Positions 42,601 to 59,828 are shown, counted from the first letter of the stretch. The stretch is DNA of 64,000 bases from Eledone cirrhosa (GCA_964016885.1 OZ024747.1:91698001-91762000); one strand, 5' to 3'. Notes: generated from the sequence alone by a model not told the origin. Numbers and translations are program-made.

Positions 42601-42602
<2 letters not shown>
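41305..42602 (-). mobile_element. Degraded Penelope-like 3' end (GIY-YIG and 3' UTR with HHR)
   Basis: Hand translation: CTLNGNCLINNVIYKCTV..SYIGSISNTF..LANTTSLAE..LLNKRQELIIICNHR. Confidence 0.85.
41492..41622 (-). ncRNA. Hammerhead F11, U3-A8 variant with ~100-nt stem II domain
   Basis: TGCTT-TTGACAA-CAGCTGATA..TATCACCTA-GAAA-CGATCG-TA|AAGCA. Confidence 0.55.
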
Positions 42603-42644
<42 letters not shown>

Positions 42645-42652
<8 letters not shown>

Positions 42653-42759
42653 ATACTTTGGGAGGGTCATGTTGCCAATAAGAAACACACGAAGTATAAC
42701 AATATCGGTTTCAACACACGATTTCAGATAAAGAATCTTGCTAAACAAAGTCAGAAACG

Positions 42760-42765
<6 letters not shown>
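42645..42765. mobile_element. Minimal F8 insert (inverted arm plus terminus only)
   Basis: Same two end sequences as 17888-18035. Confidence 0.75.
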
Positions 42766-42803
<38 letters not shown>

Positions 42804-44854
42804 TATATATATTATAGGGGAAGTACCTCAGAGAAGTGCTTTGCATATTGAGTATACATAGCGTACAATCTCATATATTTAATATCTGAGTGTTTCTGTG
42901 CATATTCGATATTGTATGTCTGTATGTATTTATGTGATAACATAGACTTTGAGAGTTTTAATGCATTAATAATATATATTACAAGGTTATGTTTGCACCT
43001 GAATAATTACATAAATACTTCTCTAATAAATGTTTAAAAGGCTTGAGAGCTGAATCCTCTCGCTGGAATCCAAACACTAAATCGCTATGAATAACAAGAA
43101 CCTTAGACTTTCGAGTAAACTAATCTTAGAAGTTATGGCTGCTGCCGGATTTTCCGTCTCTAAGGATTATTTACTCGATTTTGCAACACTACATTTATCT
43201 ATAGCGAGTACACACAGACACATACAGACACACACAGACAGACATACACACAAACAGACACACACAAACACAAACACAAACACACACACACACACATAAT
43301 GTGGATAATAAGGGTGTTTCTCCACAGGGGTTAAATGGTAACACCACGAGGATAAACCAGGTTAAGCTATGCAAAAACACTTCACGTTAGTAGTGTATCC
43401 CCAGTGAAATGTTGGTGATTAGGTGTGATGTAGCTTCCATTTACAAAATGTTGTTAAGACTTTTACATAATTTGTTTACTGCATCAATATAATAACTATG
43501 TAAAAGTAACCCTGGCTTAACTATATTTCATTTTGCTCTAACCACTAAGCCATGCCTTCACACACACACACGTGTGTGTGTGTGTGTTTGTATAGTGGTA
43601 TATAAGAATTCTAGAAAGAAACTTATTTAGAGATTAAGTAAAGTATTTTCAATGTTTTTTTTTCTCAAATGCTCTCAATACACAGTTGAAAGGCGTGGCC
43701 TGACGGCCTGTAAAGGATATTACATTAACCGTGTCTCTCTCGAACTTTATCTGTGTGTGTTTGTGTTTTTGTCGGTGTCTATGGGCGGCTGTATGTACAT
43801 ATGTGTGTGTGTTTGTGTACGTGCGCACTTGTGTTGGTATATTTTTTTATGTAAATTTTATTTCCCTGATGAATATATTTCGTGAAAGAACGTCCACCAA
43901 TCAAGTGGGAGTATATAACTGAATGGATTGTTTATATCGTTGTTTTCAGGCTTCAATGAATTCACCATTTGCTTTATTAAGAACGAAAGCCAATCACATT
44001 CTAGAATTCGGCCTGGATTATAACTTGGTTTTCATCAAAAGGACACACTTAGAGGTTAAGCTTTCCTTTAGTAATCACGTTTCTGGCAACATGTTCTCTC
44101 TGTGTTGGAAGATTGTGATGAAGTATAAGAAATCAATGCTAGAAATATAAAAGCAAACTGAAATAGCTATCGACGATTCAAGCGCTAGAGGAAATGTATT
44201 AATCTTATCTGTTGACTACTGGAAGAGTTTTGCCAGGTTTAACTGTAGGCTATTCTTTTTTACTATAAAACACACATAGTATTATCATTGTATTGGTAAT
44301 AATGTAGCTGAATAAATGGTGTGTTAACAACAAAGGATTTTTGAATGGGGAATGAATTGGACTTGGGATTAAAAGATATCTAGTTTTATTACCTCACTAC
44401 TACATTCGACACACAGGAAGTGCAATTAGGTTTTTGCTGTGTGCCATATTTCTTTAAATATTTTGATGCTAATTAGTAAATTATTGATTATCTGATCTTC
44501 AAGAATTGAAATCGTGTATATCCACAATGAATTGTTGTAGATAGGCGAAATACTAAAAAAGTATATGTATACATCTATGTATATATCTATGTATATATCT
44601 ATGTATATATATCTATGTATATATCTATGGAAATATCTATGTATAAATCTATGTATATATCTATATAAATATGTATATATATATGTATATGTATATATAA
44701 TTATGTATGTATATTTATAAATGTGTATATATATATATATATATGTATGTGTATGTATGTATATATATTATATATATATATGTGTGTGTGTGTGTATGTA
44801 TATATATATATGTGTATGTATGTATATATATATATATGTATGTATGTATGTATG

Positions 44855-44892
<38 letters not shown>

Positions 44893-45671
44893 TATGTATG
44901 TATATATATATATGTAAGTATATATATATAAATGAAAGGTATAGAAAACATTGTAGCGAAAAGCCAACAGTATTCCATAATATATAAGTGACGTCAAAAT
45001 GGGAAAAATAGTTAACGTAAGATGTGGGAAAAATAATTCAAACTCATCTCAAAGAGAATCAGGATATAGATTCATCCACAGAATTTAGTGAAATCCAGGG
45101 AAAAATCAATAGAGCCTTAACTCATGATAAAATAAAGTCTAAAATACTCATCTTTCAATTTGGAAAAACTTCAAATGCTCTGTATAGTCCTAAAGACTAT
45201 TTCACGAAAACTTTCAGTGGAGATGGTCACGGTTGGAATTTGATCCTCAGCAGAGCTCAACTCGATAACTAAGTTTCTCACAGATTAATATTCCAAAAAG
45301 GGATTTTAAAACAGGCTAGTTCACCATCATGCGTGATTATGAAAAATAAAACGCACACGAGGAAAGACAGGGCTGGTGACGTCAGAATGAGACGAATGTT
45401 TGTTTACAAGAAACAACATTCAAAAAACATTCCGAAAAAAACTCTACAATAAGGAGTTCAGCAAAAAGCAGTATTATCGCGGTTTTTATATATACACATA
45501 TATATATATGTGTATATATACGTATGTATATATATATATGTAAATATAGAATGATTAATAAAACAGGTAGACATCATAAAAAGATAATTTATTCCAAGTG
45601 TTTACAAATGTTTCTTTAGTAGTTACACAGACTAGTCATGCTTTATGCAAATTAGTAGTTATTAATTTGCA

Positions 45672-45878
45672 GAGTGGATTGGCAATATCGGTAGATCGGC
45701 AGTATCGGTAGAGGCGTCGGACGCCATGCTTTGACGCATAGAGTTACGGTCCTTGCCATTCTGAGTTCAAATCTCGCCGAGGTTAACTTTGCCTTTCATC
45801 CTTACGGGGTTGATAAAATAAAGTACCAGTAATGTACTGAGTAATTACTGGCCTTGTGCCAATAGTAGAAACAATTAA
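45672..45878 (+). mobile_element. tRNA-derived SINE family B
   Basis: Homologous to 59829-60043; short internal duplication near the 5' end. Confidence 0.85.
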
Positions 45879-46030
45879 TTTGCAGGTACTCAATTTTCAA
45901 ATGGTGCTCGTACCACCAAATCTTCATAAAGGATAATCGTAAGCATTTATTGCATAACCTAATATATATATATATGTATGTATATGTGTATATATATATA
46001 TATATGTGTATGCATATATATATATATATG

Positions 46031-46071
<41 letters not shown>

Positions 46072-46091
46072 ATGTGTGTATATATATATAT

Positions 46092-46181
<90 letters not shown>

Positions 46182-46430
46182 GTATATGTATGTATATATA
46201 TGTATGTACATATATATATATATATATACGTATATGTATGTATATATAAGTATGTATACGTGTATATATATATATATGTACATATGTATATATGTGTATA
46301 TGTATGTATATATGTATATGTATGTATATATATATATGTATAAGTATGTATATGTACATATGTATATGTATGTATACGTACATACATATATGTATGTATA
46401 TGTATGTATATAAATATATATATATATGTG

Positions 46431-46461
<31 letters not shown>

Positions 46462-46568
46462 GTATATATGTATATATATGTGTATATATGTATTTATATG
46501 TATATGTATATATATATATATATGTATGTACATATATATGTATGTATGCATATGTATGTATATGTATG

Positions 46569-46599
<31 letters not shown>

Positions 46600-46751
46600 G
46601 TATATATATATATGTATATATATATATACGTATATATAAATATATATGTATATATATATATGTGTATATATATATGTATATCTATATATGTATGTATGTA
46701 TATATATATGTATATATGTATATATGTATATATGTATGTATATGTATATGT

Positions 46752-46785
<34 letters not shown>

Positions 46786-46846
46786 GTATATATATGTATA
46801 TGTATATATATGTATATGTGTATATATATATATGTATATATATATG

Positions 46847-46895
<49 letters not shown>

Positions 46896-46926
46896 GTATA
46901 TATATATGTATATATATATGTGTATA

Positions 46927-46999
<73 letters not shown>

Positions 47000-47077
47000 A
47001 TGTGTGTATGTATATATATATATATGTGTGTATATATAAATTACATAATAATCAAAGCTATGTTCAAATCATTTTAT

Positions 47078-47124
47078 TGCTGACAATCGTTGCTTCCAAA
47101 CTATCGTTTGGAATCATCGGAGCA
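47078..47124 (-). ncRNA. Degenerate hammerhead F2 (C4 core) in a PLE 3' remnant (~47040-47580)
   Basis: TGCT-CCGATGA-TTCCAAAC GATA GTTTGGAA-GCAA-CGATTG-TC|AGCA. Confidence 0.55.
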
Positions 47125-47578
47125 CTAGACATGTTTGTACATATAATTAACTTCCTATTCAACTGAACAATAATATAGATACATGGATATTAATGTTGTC
47201 AACAACAATTTCGTATTTACAGAGTAGATTGGATGCGACATAGATTTCAAGAGAATTGTACAATAAATAAAATTAAAAATTAAAAAGGCACAGAGTGGAA
47301 TGCATACGACAGAGATTACAAGGGAATATTATAACAATTAAAGGGGCATTAAGGGAGAAAGTTACTAGTAACACAAGGAGACTAGCAGTACATATGCAAG
47401 CGTATAGAGAGTGCAAATGCATTAGGCATATACAGTAAGGTAAAAAGCAATAGGCATATATAATTTCCGCAAGGCAAAGGTATCACATAAAATAACATAT
47501 ATTTACAAGCACATCAGGCAGGCAAGGGTGTTTTTGTATTAAAATTATGGGTTTATGGTGGATGTATAACTATAAATA

Positions 47579-48830
<1,252 letters not shown>

Positions 48831-48897
48831 GTATATATATATATACATATATGTATACATATATATACATATATATATATATGTGTGTACATATACA

Positions 48898-49029
<132 letters not shown>

Positions 49030-49042
49030 TGTATATGTACAC

Positions 49043-49097
<55 letters not shown>

Positions 49098-49344
49098 CAT
49101 GCCCTGGAAATACTATACGCCACAGACCACATCTTAAACAAAAAATCTGAGGCAATTTCGGCTTGTAAACATAAATTGCACAAAACTTTCCTGTATTACA
49201 GCCCCACGTTATACCCTAGCGGATAGTACGATCTATACGTGGATATTTTACGTCTTGATGTGGGAGCTAAGTATATGTAGCAACAACGGCGGTGCCCCAG
49301 CATGGCCTCAGCCGGATGGCTGTAACAGGTAAAAGAATAATATA

Positions 49345-51945
49345 TATATAAAAAACAGTAGTGGTCCCAGGACTGTCCCTTGGGGCACCCCACTTGTTAT
49401 TGATGTTTCCTTTGAGAGGGCCCCGTTTGCTGCGACTGTCTGGCTTCTGTCCTTTAAGAAGTCATGCAGCCAATCACCTACTTTTCCTGTTATGCCGAGA
49501 CTGTGTCGTTTGTGACATATCATTCTGTGGTCGACCTTGTCAAAGGCCTTCGCAAAGTCAAGATATATCACGTCCACATGTGAGCAGTCTAGCAGTTGTT
49601 TCAGTACCCAGTCGTAGTGAAGTAGCAGCTGTGTAAGGCAGCTTCTTGCTGGGCGGAAGCCATGCTGCGTGCTAGTCAGGCGGTCATTTTCCTCGAGGAA
49701 AGTGATCAGTTTCTTTCTGACGATTCGCTCCATGACCTTACTGATATGCGACGTCAGGGAGACTCGCCTATAGTTTTTGGCCTCCGCTCTGCTACCTCCT
49801 TTATGGATAGGGCATATTATGCCTTCTTTCAGCTCCCTCGGTAGTATACCGCTAGCCAAGGAGCTTCTGAAGAGCGTCTTCAGTGGAGTTGATAAGGCCC
49901 GCTTACATGTTTTTAAGAGGACTGCTGGGAATACATCAGGTTCAGCAGTTGAGTCTGTTCTAATTTCATCTATGGCGTATACCACATCCTCCTCCGTTAT
50001 GTCTATGTGGTTGATGGTCACCATTTCTTCATGTAATGTTGTGGCATCAAAGAACTCCTCTGTCTTTGTTACTTGAATGTGCCTCAGTGGACATGTGAAC
50101 ACACTTTTGTACTGTTCGTTCAGTATTTCACATATCTCTTGGGGATTCTCGGTTTATGAATCGTCTGTATGGAAGAGTGGCCCAATCTTGCAGTGTACCG
50201 AGGCAGTTTCTTTTGCAAATTTAAAGAAGGCCTTAGGGTTTGTTTTTATATTTTCTATGGCCCTGCTTTCTTTCTTTGCCCTCTCATTTTCATGGGAAAG
50301 TTTGAGTGCAATCTCGGTGTCAAGTAGTGCACGTTTCAAATAGGATTCCTTCTTGCTTTTGTTTTCTTGTGCATTCAACTGGTTTGAGGGCTTGGTTCTA
50401 CGTCTCATAAGATTTTCCTATCTCTGGGAATAAGATTTTTGTGTCTGTTTGCCTTTTTCTCTGGGACAAACCTTTTGCATATAGTGTGTATCGTTGTCAT
50501 GAAGTGTTGAAATTGTGTGTTGGTGTCTTGTGTGGCGGTGTTTTCGCTCCATATTTGCTTCCGGATTTCTCTCTTGATCTTTTTCCAGTTAGCCTTGTAG
50601 AAGTTAAGGCTGGATAACGTCCCGGTGCTTCTTGATGGTCGTGTCTCCGTTGGTTCTCTCGGACAACATATCATTAGCTCTACTAAGTTATGATCCGAGA
50701 GAATTGTTGGTGTCACCTTACATTTTGGATGAGCAGTTCGTTGTTTGTAAAACAGAGGTCCAGGACATTTTCGCCACTTGTTGGGAGGACTACTGTTTAT
50801 TCCATGAACAGCCTGTCTGTGAGGGCCAGCAGGGATTCCGTCTGTCTATGTTCTATTGACGTCATTCCAGGGACGAGGTGGCCCTCAGGCCATTTGACCT
50901 TTGGCAGGTTGAAGTCTCCCAGCGTTAGAATGTGGAGACCCTGGTCCAGTTTGTCAAGTACCTCTTCTATCCTACTGAGGCTATCCTCAAATTTACCCTC
51001 ATGACTGGTGGCATCGGGCGGCCGATATGTGACACATATTACTGTCTTTAGTTGCTTCTTACGTACTATCAGTGTGTCACAGACTGAGTTTGAATGTCAA
51101 CAGTACAATTGGGAGTACATCTTCACGGATATACAGAGCAACCCCACCATGAGTTCTCTCCTTTCTGTCCGAACGAAATAGAATATATTTCGGTATATGT
51201 ATTTCTGCATCTGCTATACTGCTTGTCAGGTGCGTTTCGGTTAGTGCCATGCAAAATGCTTGATTGCTTATGGCTAATTCTCCCAGGTAAGACATTTTAT
51301 TTATGTTAGTGAGTTTCACCAGGCTTCTGACATTCAGCAGCAGCACTGGTGTGACTTTTGGGGTGCCAGCAATGGTTGTCGGTATGACACCTGGCCTAGT
51401 GTCAGTGGCGCCAGTCTGGGTCCCTTAATTGTGGTGGTCTCGAGTGCTGGTGTGGGTAACCCTGGCTCTAAAAACGATGCAGCCAGGTCAGCTGTCGCAC
51501 AATCTTCTCTGCCATCACTGAAAACATGTTCTGCTCTGCTGCTGCCATCTGTATCTCGTCCTTGTTGGAGCGGCACGCGAGACATCAGCATACTTCTGGA
51601 GCGGCTTGTTTGGGCTTTGGCTGGATCATGTTGCGCGAGTAGGATGGGCATAGTTCGTTTGGGGCCTGGAGTGGGCGAATCTGCAGCCCATCCCTGTCTC
51701 TCCATGCCAGCATGTCCCGTTCCTGAAGAACTTGCACCTTATTTGGGTTTTCTTGCTCCCAGTGTGTCGGTGCTTTCTGTTCTTCCCCTGGACAGTTATC
51801 CACTGGTCCCTCTGCGCTTGGTTCTCCTTCGGAATTTCTCCTTCGGTGATTTCCCTTCTCACCTTTACCGTTTGCTTGTTGGTTGCCCGGCCTGCCCTTC
51901 CTGACTGTGACGGCGGGTATCTCATTTTCTTTAAGGTCCGTATAT
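49345..51945 (-). mobile_element. CR1-group LINE, disrupted: ORF1 remnant (CCCH finger), APE endonuclease, N-terminal half of RT
   Basis: [17 protein letters not shown]; LNVRSL..ALTETHL..RSDR..GGVALYI; LSDHNLV; YRRVSLTS..QHGFR..YLDFAKAFDKVDH..GVPQGTVLGPLLF. Confidence 0.95.
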
Positions 51946-52043
51946 ATGTATATATGTATGTATATGTAGATATATATATATGTATGTATATATGTATATA
52001 TATATCTATGTATATGTGTGTATATATATATATATACATATAC

Positions 52044-52082
<39 letters not shown>

Positions 52083-52158
52083 CATATACATACATATATA
52101 TGTATGTATATGTATGTATGTATATGTATGTATATGTACATATATATGTATGTATATG

Positions 52159-52199
<41 letters not shown>

Positions 52200-52214
52200 A
52201 TATATATATGTATG

Positions 52215-52259
<45 letters not shown>

Positions 52260-52404
52260 ATATATGTATATATATGTATGTATATGTATATATATATATG
52301 TATGTGTATATGTATATATATATGTATGTATATGTACATATATATATGTATGTGTATATGTACATATATTTATATGTATGCATATATGTATATATATATG
52401 TATG

Positions 52405-53005
52405 ACAGGTCACCAGTTGGTGCTACTGGTAACATGTCTCCCATTACAACCTGTCTCATGGTCGGGTCGTTGGTGACTAAACTGGCAACCCCACCAAGGT
52501 TTCTTGGTGAGGAGGTTGAATTTGGACATCCTGCAGGACTAAAAACAAAACCTGGCAAAGGAGCTCTTAAGAGTCAATGGCAATCCAAAATCACCGGGAG
52601 AGATGACCTCTTAGCCTTTGTCAAGGCAGAATTCTAGGAGAAGGAAAACTCTGATATAACACCTGCAACCCTGATGGTATCCAATGATGTTGACTTGTTC
52701 TTCTTTTTGGTAAATATCATCTTGGTTAAGAGAGTGAGACTGGCTTTGTGCAGTACCTTTGCTCACTATAAAAGCTTCACGGCACAGGCATTGCTTTATA
52801 TCTGGAGTTCTCTCTGCACTTGTCGTCACATGGTACCATGGACCCAGCACTATGTGTCAATAATTGTCACGAGTGTAGTGTTTGTACCAGAGTTTTCAAG
52901 TCGCTGGCTGGACTAAAAACTCACACTCGTTCAGCGCATCGGTAGGGGTTCTCCTACATGGATATAAAGTAGTGGCCGTACTCGAAAACGAGTTGTCAGC
53001 CACCA
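52405..53005. repeat. Second copy of the 11718-12290 repeat
   Basis: Colinear, high similarity by eye. Confidence 0.75.
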
Positions 53006-53065
53006 TATATGTATGTATATGTACATATATATATGTGTATGTATATGTACATATATATATATATG

Positions 53066-53220
<155 letters not shown>

Positions 53221-53249
53221 ATGTACATGTATATATGTATGTATATATG

Positions 53250-53334
<85 letters not shown>

Positions 53335-53383
53335 GTATATATATATATAAATGAATATATATATATATGTATATAGACATATA

Positions 53384-53458
<75 letters not shown>

Positions 53459-53507
53459 GTATGTATATATATGTATATATATATGTATGTATATATATAT
53501 ATATATG

Positions 53508-53548
<41 letters not shown>

Positions 53549-53749
53549 ATATGTATGTATATATATATATGCATGTATATATATATATGTATGTATATAT
53601 ATATGTATGTATATATATATATATGTATGTATATATATATGTATGTATATATATATGTATGTATATATGTATATATATATATATGTATGTATGTATATAA
53701 ATATATGTATGTATATATATATATATATATGTATGTATATATATATATG

Positions 53750-53792
<43 letters not shown>

Positions 53793-53819
53793 ATATATAT
53801 ATATATATGCATATGTATC

Positions 53820-55145
53820 TAGTGGTAGAACACTGGAAGGTAATATCCGTAGTAGTAGAGCACTCAGTCCATGGGACAAGTTAGGTAGAAGTGGTAACTC
53901 AACAGTTAGTTCACCATACCGAGATCAATTGTTTCACCTTATCGGATCCTCAGCTTGTAATGGGCATGGTTATACGGAACAGGAAGGACAACAGTACGAA
54001 CGCGCATGCGCAGAAACTGGTCACTTCACACAGGCAATACTAAAATGCGTGCGAGAGGTGTAAGGGGGATAATTGCGAAATTCCGAAAAGTTTTTAGTTG
54101 ATAAGAAAAAATATTGTTGTTGTTACAATATTTCAATTGATCCGGTGCTTTGTAGTTATGCAATATGTGTTTCGAAATGTGTGGACAACGTGTGAAAAAT
54201 TCATTTCTCGTGTTTAGGCAATCACTATTGCATAAACTCATTAGAATCTTTATTCGTTCGTCAATACACATTCCACACAACGGATTTCCCCTTGCGTATG
54301 GCTTGGACTTAGTGATGGCTTTCCATTGAATGGAGTAGTCTATACTTGAGTCCTTGAGGGACCAAACGTGGCTCGTGAGTTTCGTGGATAAACGTCTGTC
54401 TGGGTACCTAAAGGTCGGCTGATGGTTCAGGAAACGTTCCTTAAATCGGCACTCCGCCATGCCCACATAGGATTTGACCTTCTGTGGTTGGTTTGGTCGT
54501 AAAATACAGCTGGTGTGTTGCATTGCTGTTGAAGGGGCAAGCTTCGGGCTTACGACAAGAGCACCCTGGTGGGGTGTTGCTCCTAGGGTTGCTGGTGATG
54601 TGGGCCTTCATGTTCTTAGCGCAAGAGTATCCTAGTTTAACTTTGTGTCGGTTAAAGATGGAGTGGTATTTATGACCTATGGGAAAGTGTCTATCTAAGA
54701 GGTTTTGCCTACATTGGTTTTAACGTTGAGTGAGAAGGGAGGAGAGAACCAGATAGTTTGTTTATTGTTGCGCTTTCTTTTCTTATTGCTGTTGTTGATA
54801 GTGGGAGAGTAAGTGATAGGTTTTGAGAAGCCGGTGTTAGCTAACGCCGTGTTATAGTATGGTGCCGCCCTGTCAAAGATAGCCTTATTAGAGGAGAGGT
54901 TTAAGATTCTAGTACTGATATTATTTACGAAGTTTCTAAAAACAATGGGAGGGTGGCATAAGTCCTTGTGAATGAAATTGCGTTTTTCGTTTAGCTTATG
55001 GAAGGATCTGTGGGTGTGTGTGCGAAGGTCGAAATTAATGTCTAAGAAATCTACGCTAGAGAGGTTGGTAGCTACTGTTATACTAAGTCCTAACTCATTG
55101 AAGGTAGAAGCTAAGTCTTTTTAAAAACCGGTGGAGGTCGTGACC
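53820..55145 (-). mobile_element. Penelope/Poseidon-like element, 5' truncated (RT C-terminus, Zn-knuckle, GIY-YIG)
   Basis: VDFLDINFDL..HPP..IWFSPPFS..IFNRHKVKLGYSC..CSCRKPEACP..SYVGMAECRFKERFLNH..LCGMCIDE..LNTRNEFFTRCPH. Confidence 0.92.
53917..53959 (-). ncRNA. Degenerate hammerhead F12, ~70 nt after the PLE stop codon
   Basis: CAAG-CTGAGGA-TCC GATAA GGT-GAAA-CAATTG-AT-CTCG; U16.1 appears mutated. Confidence 0.6.
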
Positions 55146-55146
55146 A

Positions 55147-55189
<43 letters not shown>

Positions 55190-55204
55190 ATATATATATG
55201 TATG

Positions 55205-55238
<34 letters not shown>

Positions 55239-55246
55239 CATATATG

Positions 55247-55277
<31 letters not shown>

Positions 55278-55314
55278 GTATGTATATACATGTATATATA
55301 TACACATATGTATG

Positions 55315-55459
<145 letters not shown>

Positions 55460-55467
55460 AGGTTTAC

Positions 55468-55557
<90 letters not shown>

Positions 55558-55612
55558 TGCAACGAGTCACTTTGTGGCTCAATGAAGAGTTAATAAATTA
55601 AATAATCAGAAG

Positions 55613-56066
55613 TATATATCATAAAACATGTCTATAGAATCACCAGATAAAATATATACCATTTCCTCTCCCAATTAGCATAATTAACCATATAAAAAAT
55701 CGATTAGACAAAGCTATAAGAATAAAGGCTTCTATGAAGAAATCTCCGACAAATAACCGAAAGCAGCCCTTCGCGTCGGCTGCGACGGAGTATTTATCGA
55801 GTATTTCGACAGCGTGTATAAATCGCTCAGATATACAGTCAACTAAACAGAATTAGGTGTAAAATAAACTAGGAGAAAAGTGAATATATTTACTCGCAAC
55901 CGACGCGAAGGGCTGCTTTCGGTTATTTGTCGGAGATTTCTTCATAGAAGCCTTTATTCTTATAGCTTGATCTAATCGATTTTTTATATGGTTAATTATG
56001 CTAATTGGGAGAGGAAATGGTATATATTTTATCCGGTGATTCTATAGACATGTTTTATGATATATA
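55613..56066. repeat. Inverted repeat (~170-bp arms, ~110-bp spacer), PLE-terminus-like
   Basis: Arms are reverse complements; diverged relative at ~17590-17765. Confidence 0.85.
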
Positions 56067-56607
56067 TATATGTATGTATATTGTTGATAACTCTTAGCTT
56101 ATTCACTTTCATGATATGGTGGACAATATTAAAATGCCATAGTTAGATCGGGAGGTAAAGTACGCTAACCTATATACAGGTCTATACCATAATTACAAAC
56201 ATAGCTAGATTCCTCCTTTGTTATATTGTCATTTCTATGGCTCAATTTCGTTAAAACCTCTACATTTATTGTTAAGGAAATCTGTTATAGAGATATTTAG
56301 TATTATGATTTCCTCACGCCACCTGTACATACTTTATATATTTTTCACATGCTTCTCTGGCAATTTGGTCTCCTTATTTCAACGTTTTATTAATACATGT
56401 TCTTCAGCCGGTTTCTATATCATTAATATACATTCCCAATGGTTTGAAATCTCCGTAATATTGTAATATATTGCTATCTATGTATGATATGCTAATTTAT
56501 TTCTTCGATGTATTGTTCGTATTATAGTAATGAAATGAGGTGAGGTATACTTAGTACTAGAAGTTAGTAGTAATATGTATGTATTATAGTAATTGAATGA
56601 GGTAAAC

Positions 56608-56743
<136 letters not shown>

Positions 56744-57279
56744 CAGTATCATTGCATTCATACCATACCTACAATAAACAATCTAAACAAAGAGAAATAT
56801 GTACGTATACCTGACAGTATATGGGGCGATATTACAACAGCAACGACAACAACGACAATGACGACGACAAAATGAAGTTACAAAAATCTACTATTTCTCC
56901 AAGAGAGAAACAAATAGAAATGGAACCGTTAAACAAATGGCAGTAAATTATCTTAAACATTAAAGCAGACGTTGTTTTACATGGAATATTGGCTGATATT
57001 AGATGCTGTAAATAAACAATTGAAGAATCCATAACTGTATGAAGAAACTACTGGCAGCAAATTATTTATTTCTCTATCTCATCTAACAGAGAGTATCGAA
57101 TGTTTGTTCAAAATCAGCAAGCTGTCTACTAGTCGACTAATAACAGAATATCGTATGCCAAACATCAATAACATTTCTTATCAATGCCAAATATATAAAG
57201 AGCCAAAAGCGGCGTCTACACACACATAATAAAGAAATTAATAAATACTCACTTAAGTATACATATATATATATAAGTA

Positions 57280-57402
<123 letters not shown>

Positions 57403-57445
57403 ATAAAAGAATATATATGTATATGTACATATGATTGAATATATG

Positions 57446-57478
<33 letters not shown>

Positions 57479-57693
57479 ATATATATGTATATATATGTAT
57501 ATATATATGTATATATATGTATATATATCATTATATATTTGTATATATATGTATATATGTATGTATATATATGTGTATGTATGTATATATATATATATAT
57601 GTATGTATATGTGTATATGTATGTGTGTGTATGTATATATGAATTTGTGTAAGCATATATATGTGTATATGCATGCATATATATGTATATATG

Positions 57694-57755
<62 letters not shown>

Positions 57756-57868
57756 TATACATTTATATATGTCTATTTATTTGTTTCATTGTTGTTGTTT
57801 TATTTCTCTGTGTGTATGGAAATGTATTAGTTTGATGATGGGCATAAATATAATGCATTTATAGTTGC

Positions 57869-57993
<125 letters not shown>

Positions 57994-58110
57994 TTTTGCG
58001 TGTGTATATATATGCGTTTGTGTGTCTGTGTGTATATATATATATATGCGTTTGTGTGTGTGTGTATATATATATATGCGTTTGTGTGTGTGTGTATATA
58101 TATATGCGTT

Positions 58111-58146
<36 letters not shown>

Positions 58147-58566
58147 TAGATACATAGGAAAGAGTATACTACATATATTAATAAGCTCAAAAGATACAGT
58201 CTTGCGGTGGAAGGACTAAATGTGGTGATATATGATATACCAGAAGATATACGATATAACAAAATGCCCTAGGTTTCCAAGCTACCACAATTCCTCGGGT
58301 TATAGTAATATGTCTGCATACACATATACAAACACGCATGCGCGCGTGCAGAGAGCCAACATACATATATATATATATACATATATATATATATGTGTGT
58401 GTGTGTGTGCATGTTTATTTGTGTGTATTTAACAAACTCAACTCGTATTGGCTGGAGGTCAGAAGAAAAAAGTTGCCCGAAGTACCACACTGTAGGTTCT
58501 AACCTAGAAAGAGACGATTGGGAAGCAAACCCCTCTCTCTCTCAATGTTTATATAAATAGACACAG

Positions 58567-58598
<32 letters not shown>

Positions 58599-59262
58599 TA
58601 TATATACCGAATATCTGTAGACATAAAGTCAAGGAAAGCAATGTTCAATCTAGAGCAAGAAAGCTTATTTAGTATATAAAAAAAAATTTCATTCATACAC
58701 TTAACATGTATACAAAGCCTTAGAATTCGGTGTCCAGTTATGGCCACCACAGTATACTTGTGGAATCCATGTAAGACTTGCCTCACTCGTCAGGCGCAAG
58801 GACAAATTTTAAAGAACATTTATTAGTTCACGAAATATGTGGTGGCTAGTTCTCTTCTGGAACAAGGAATAACCACAAAGCCTATAATTATAATACTAAA
58901 GCACCACTACTTTGAAACGACTGTATGTATATGTGCTTGACCTAAGTTATAAGTTTATCAATGTGTATGTGTAACATGCTCGTGACTTAATAAGTTATTT
59001 TTAAAAGACCTTAAATGATCTTAAAAGAGCTCGTGATAAAATGGAAAAGATCGTGTGTCGTAGACTCTTCGTATTTAAAAACTAGGGAAAGTATTTCTCA
59101 CTGGAAACATTTTGGCGGAATTCTTTCACGCATAATGAAGGTTGTATAGTCAAGTTTGAATAGAATTGTATGTGTTATCTAAACAACTTCTAAGAGCTTC
59201 TAGTTTACTCGTGAAATTGATGTGAAAAGTGTCTAATAATACTAACATTTACATCTGTGCTT

Positions 59263-59402
59263 GCGCATGGCTTAGTGGTTAAAACATTGGGCTTGCAATC
59301 GAAAGGTTGTGAGTTCAATTCTCTGACCGGGTGATGTGTTGTTTCCTTGAGAAAGACACTTTATTTCACGTTGCTCCAGTTTACTCAGCCTCAGAAATGA
59401 GA
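59263..59402 (+). mobile_element. tRNA-derived SINE family A, 5' half
   Basis: TGGCTTAGTGG..GAGTTCAATTC; matches 19165-19426. Confidence 0.85.
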
Positions 59403-59828
59403 TGATAGGACTGGGGTCCCTATCATTAAATCACCTAGACACCTCCAACGAGATATACCTTGGAGGAGTCCATCTAAACCTGCATAGGTGTGAGCTGTCA
59501 CACACACACTGTTTTCATTACAAAATAATGGCAGCATTTGCTTTTATTGGTTGAGCTACATTTGCTCCATAGGAATTATCTTTAGATTATTGTCATATTA
59601 AGGATTTCTATCTCTATAATACTCTATTCTCAATATTTCTCATATTCCAGTTTATTCTTATTTGTAATATTCCATTTAAGCGTATTTGCCAAGGCTCTTT
59701 AAGTATGATAGGGTTTGATTATGTTGGTTTATTATTTATGTTTATTTTCTGTTTTGTTTTGTTATTTGTTTTATCTTTTTTCAGTTTAAATATTTTAAAC
59801 TTCGATATTTTTATATTTGTAGTTTGCA

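Noticed and set aside
44989-45392. Two TGACGTCA (CRE) sites in similar context
   Set aside because: Lie in a TA-flanked, probably repeat-derived block with no promoter evidence
58772-58795. Minus CTGACGA followed by a hairpin
   Set aside because: No GAAA after the hairpin
59263-59335. tRNA-like sequence (also at 19355-19426)
   Set aside because: SINE head: no proper acceptor stem and continues into SINE body
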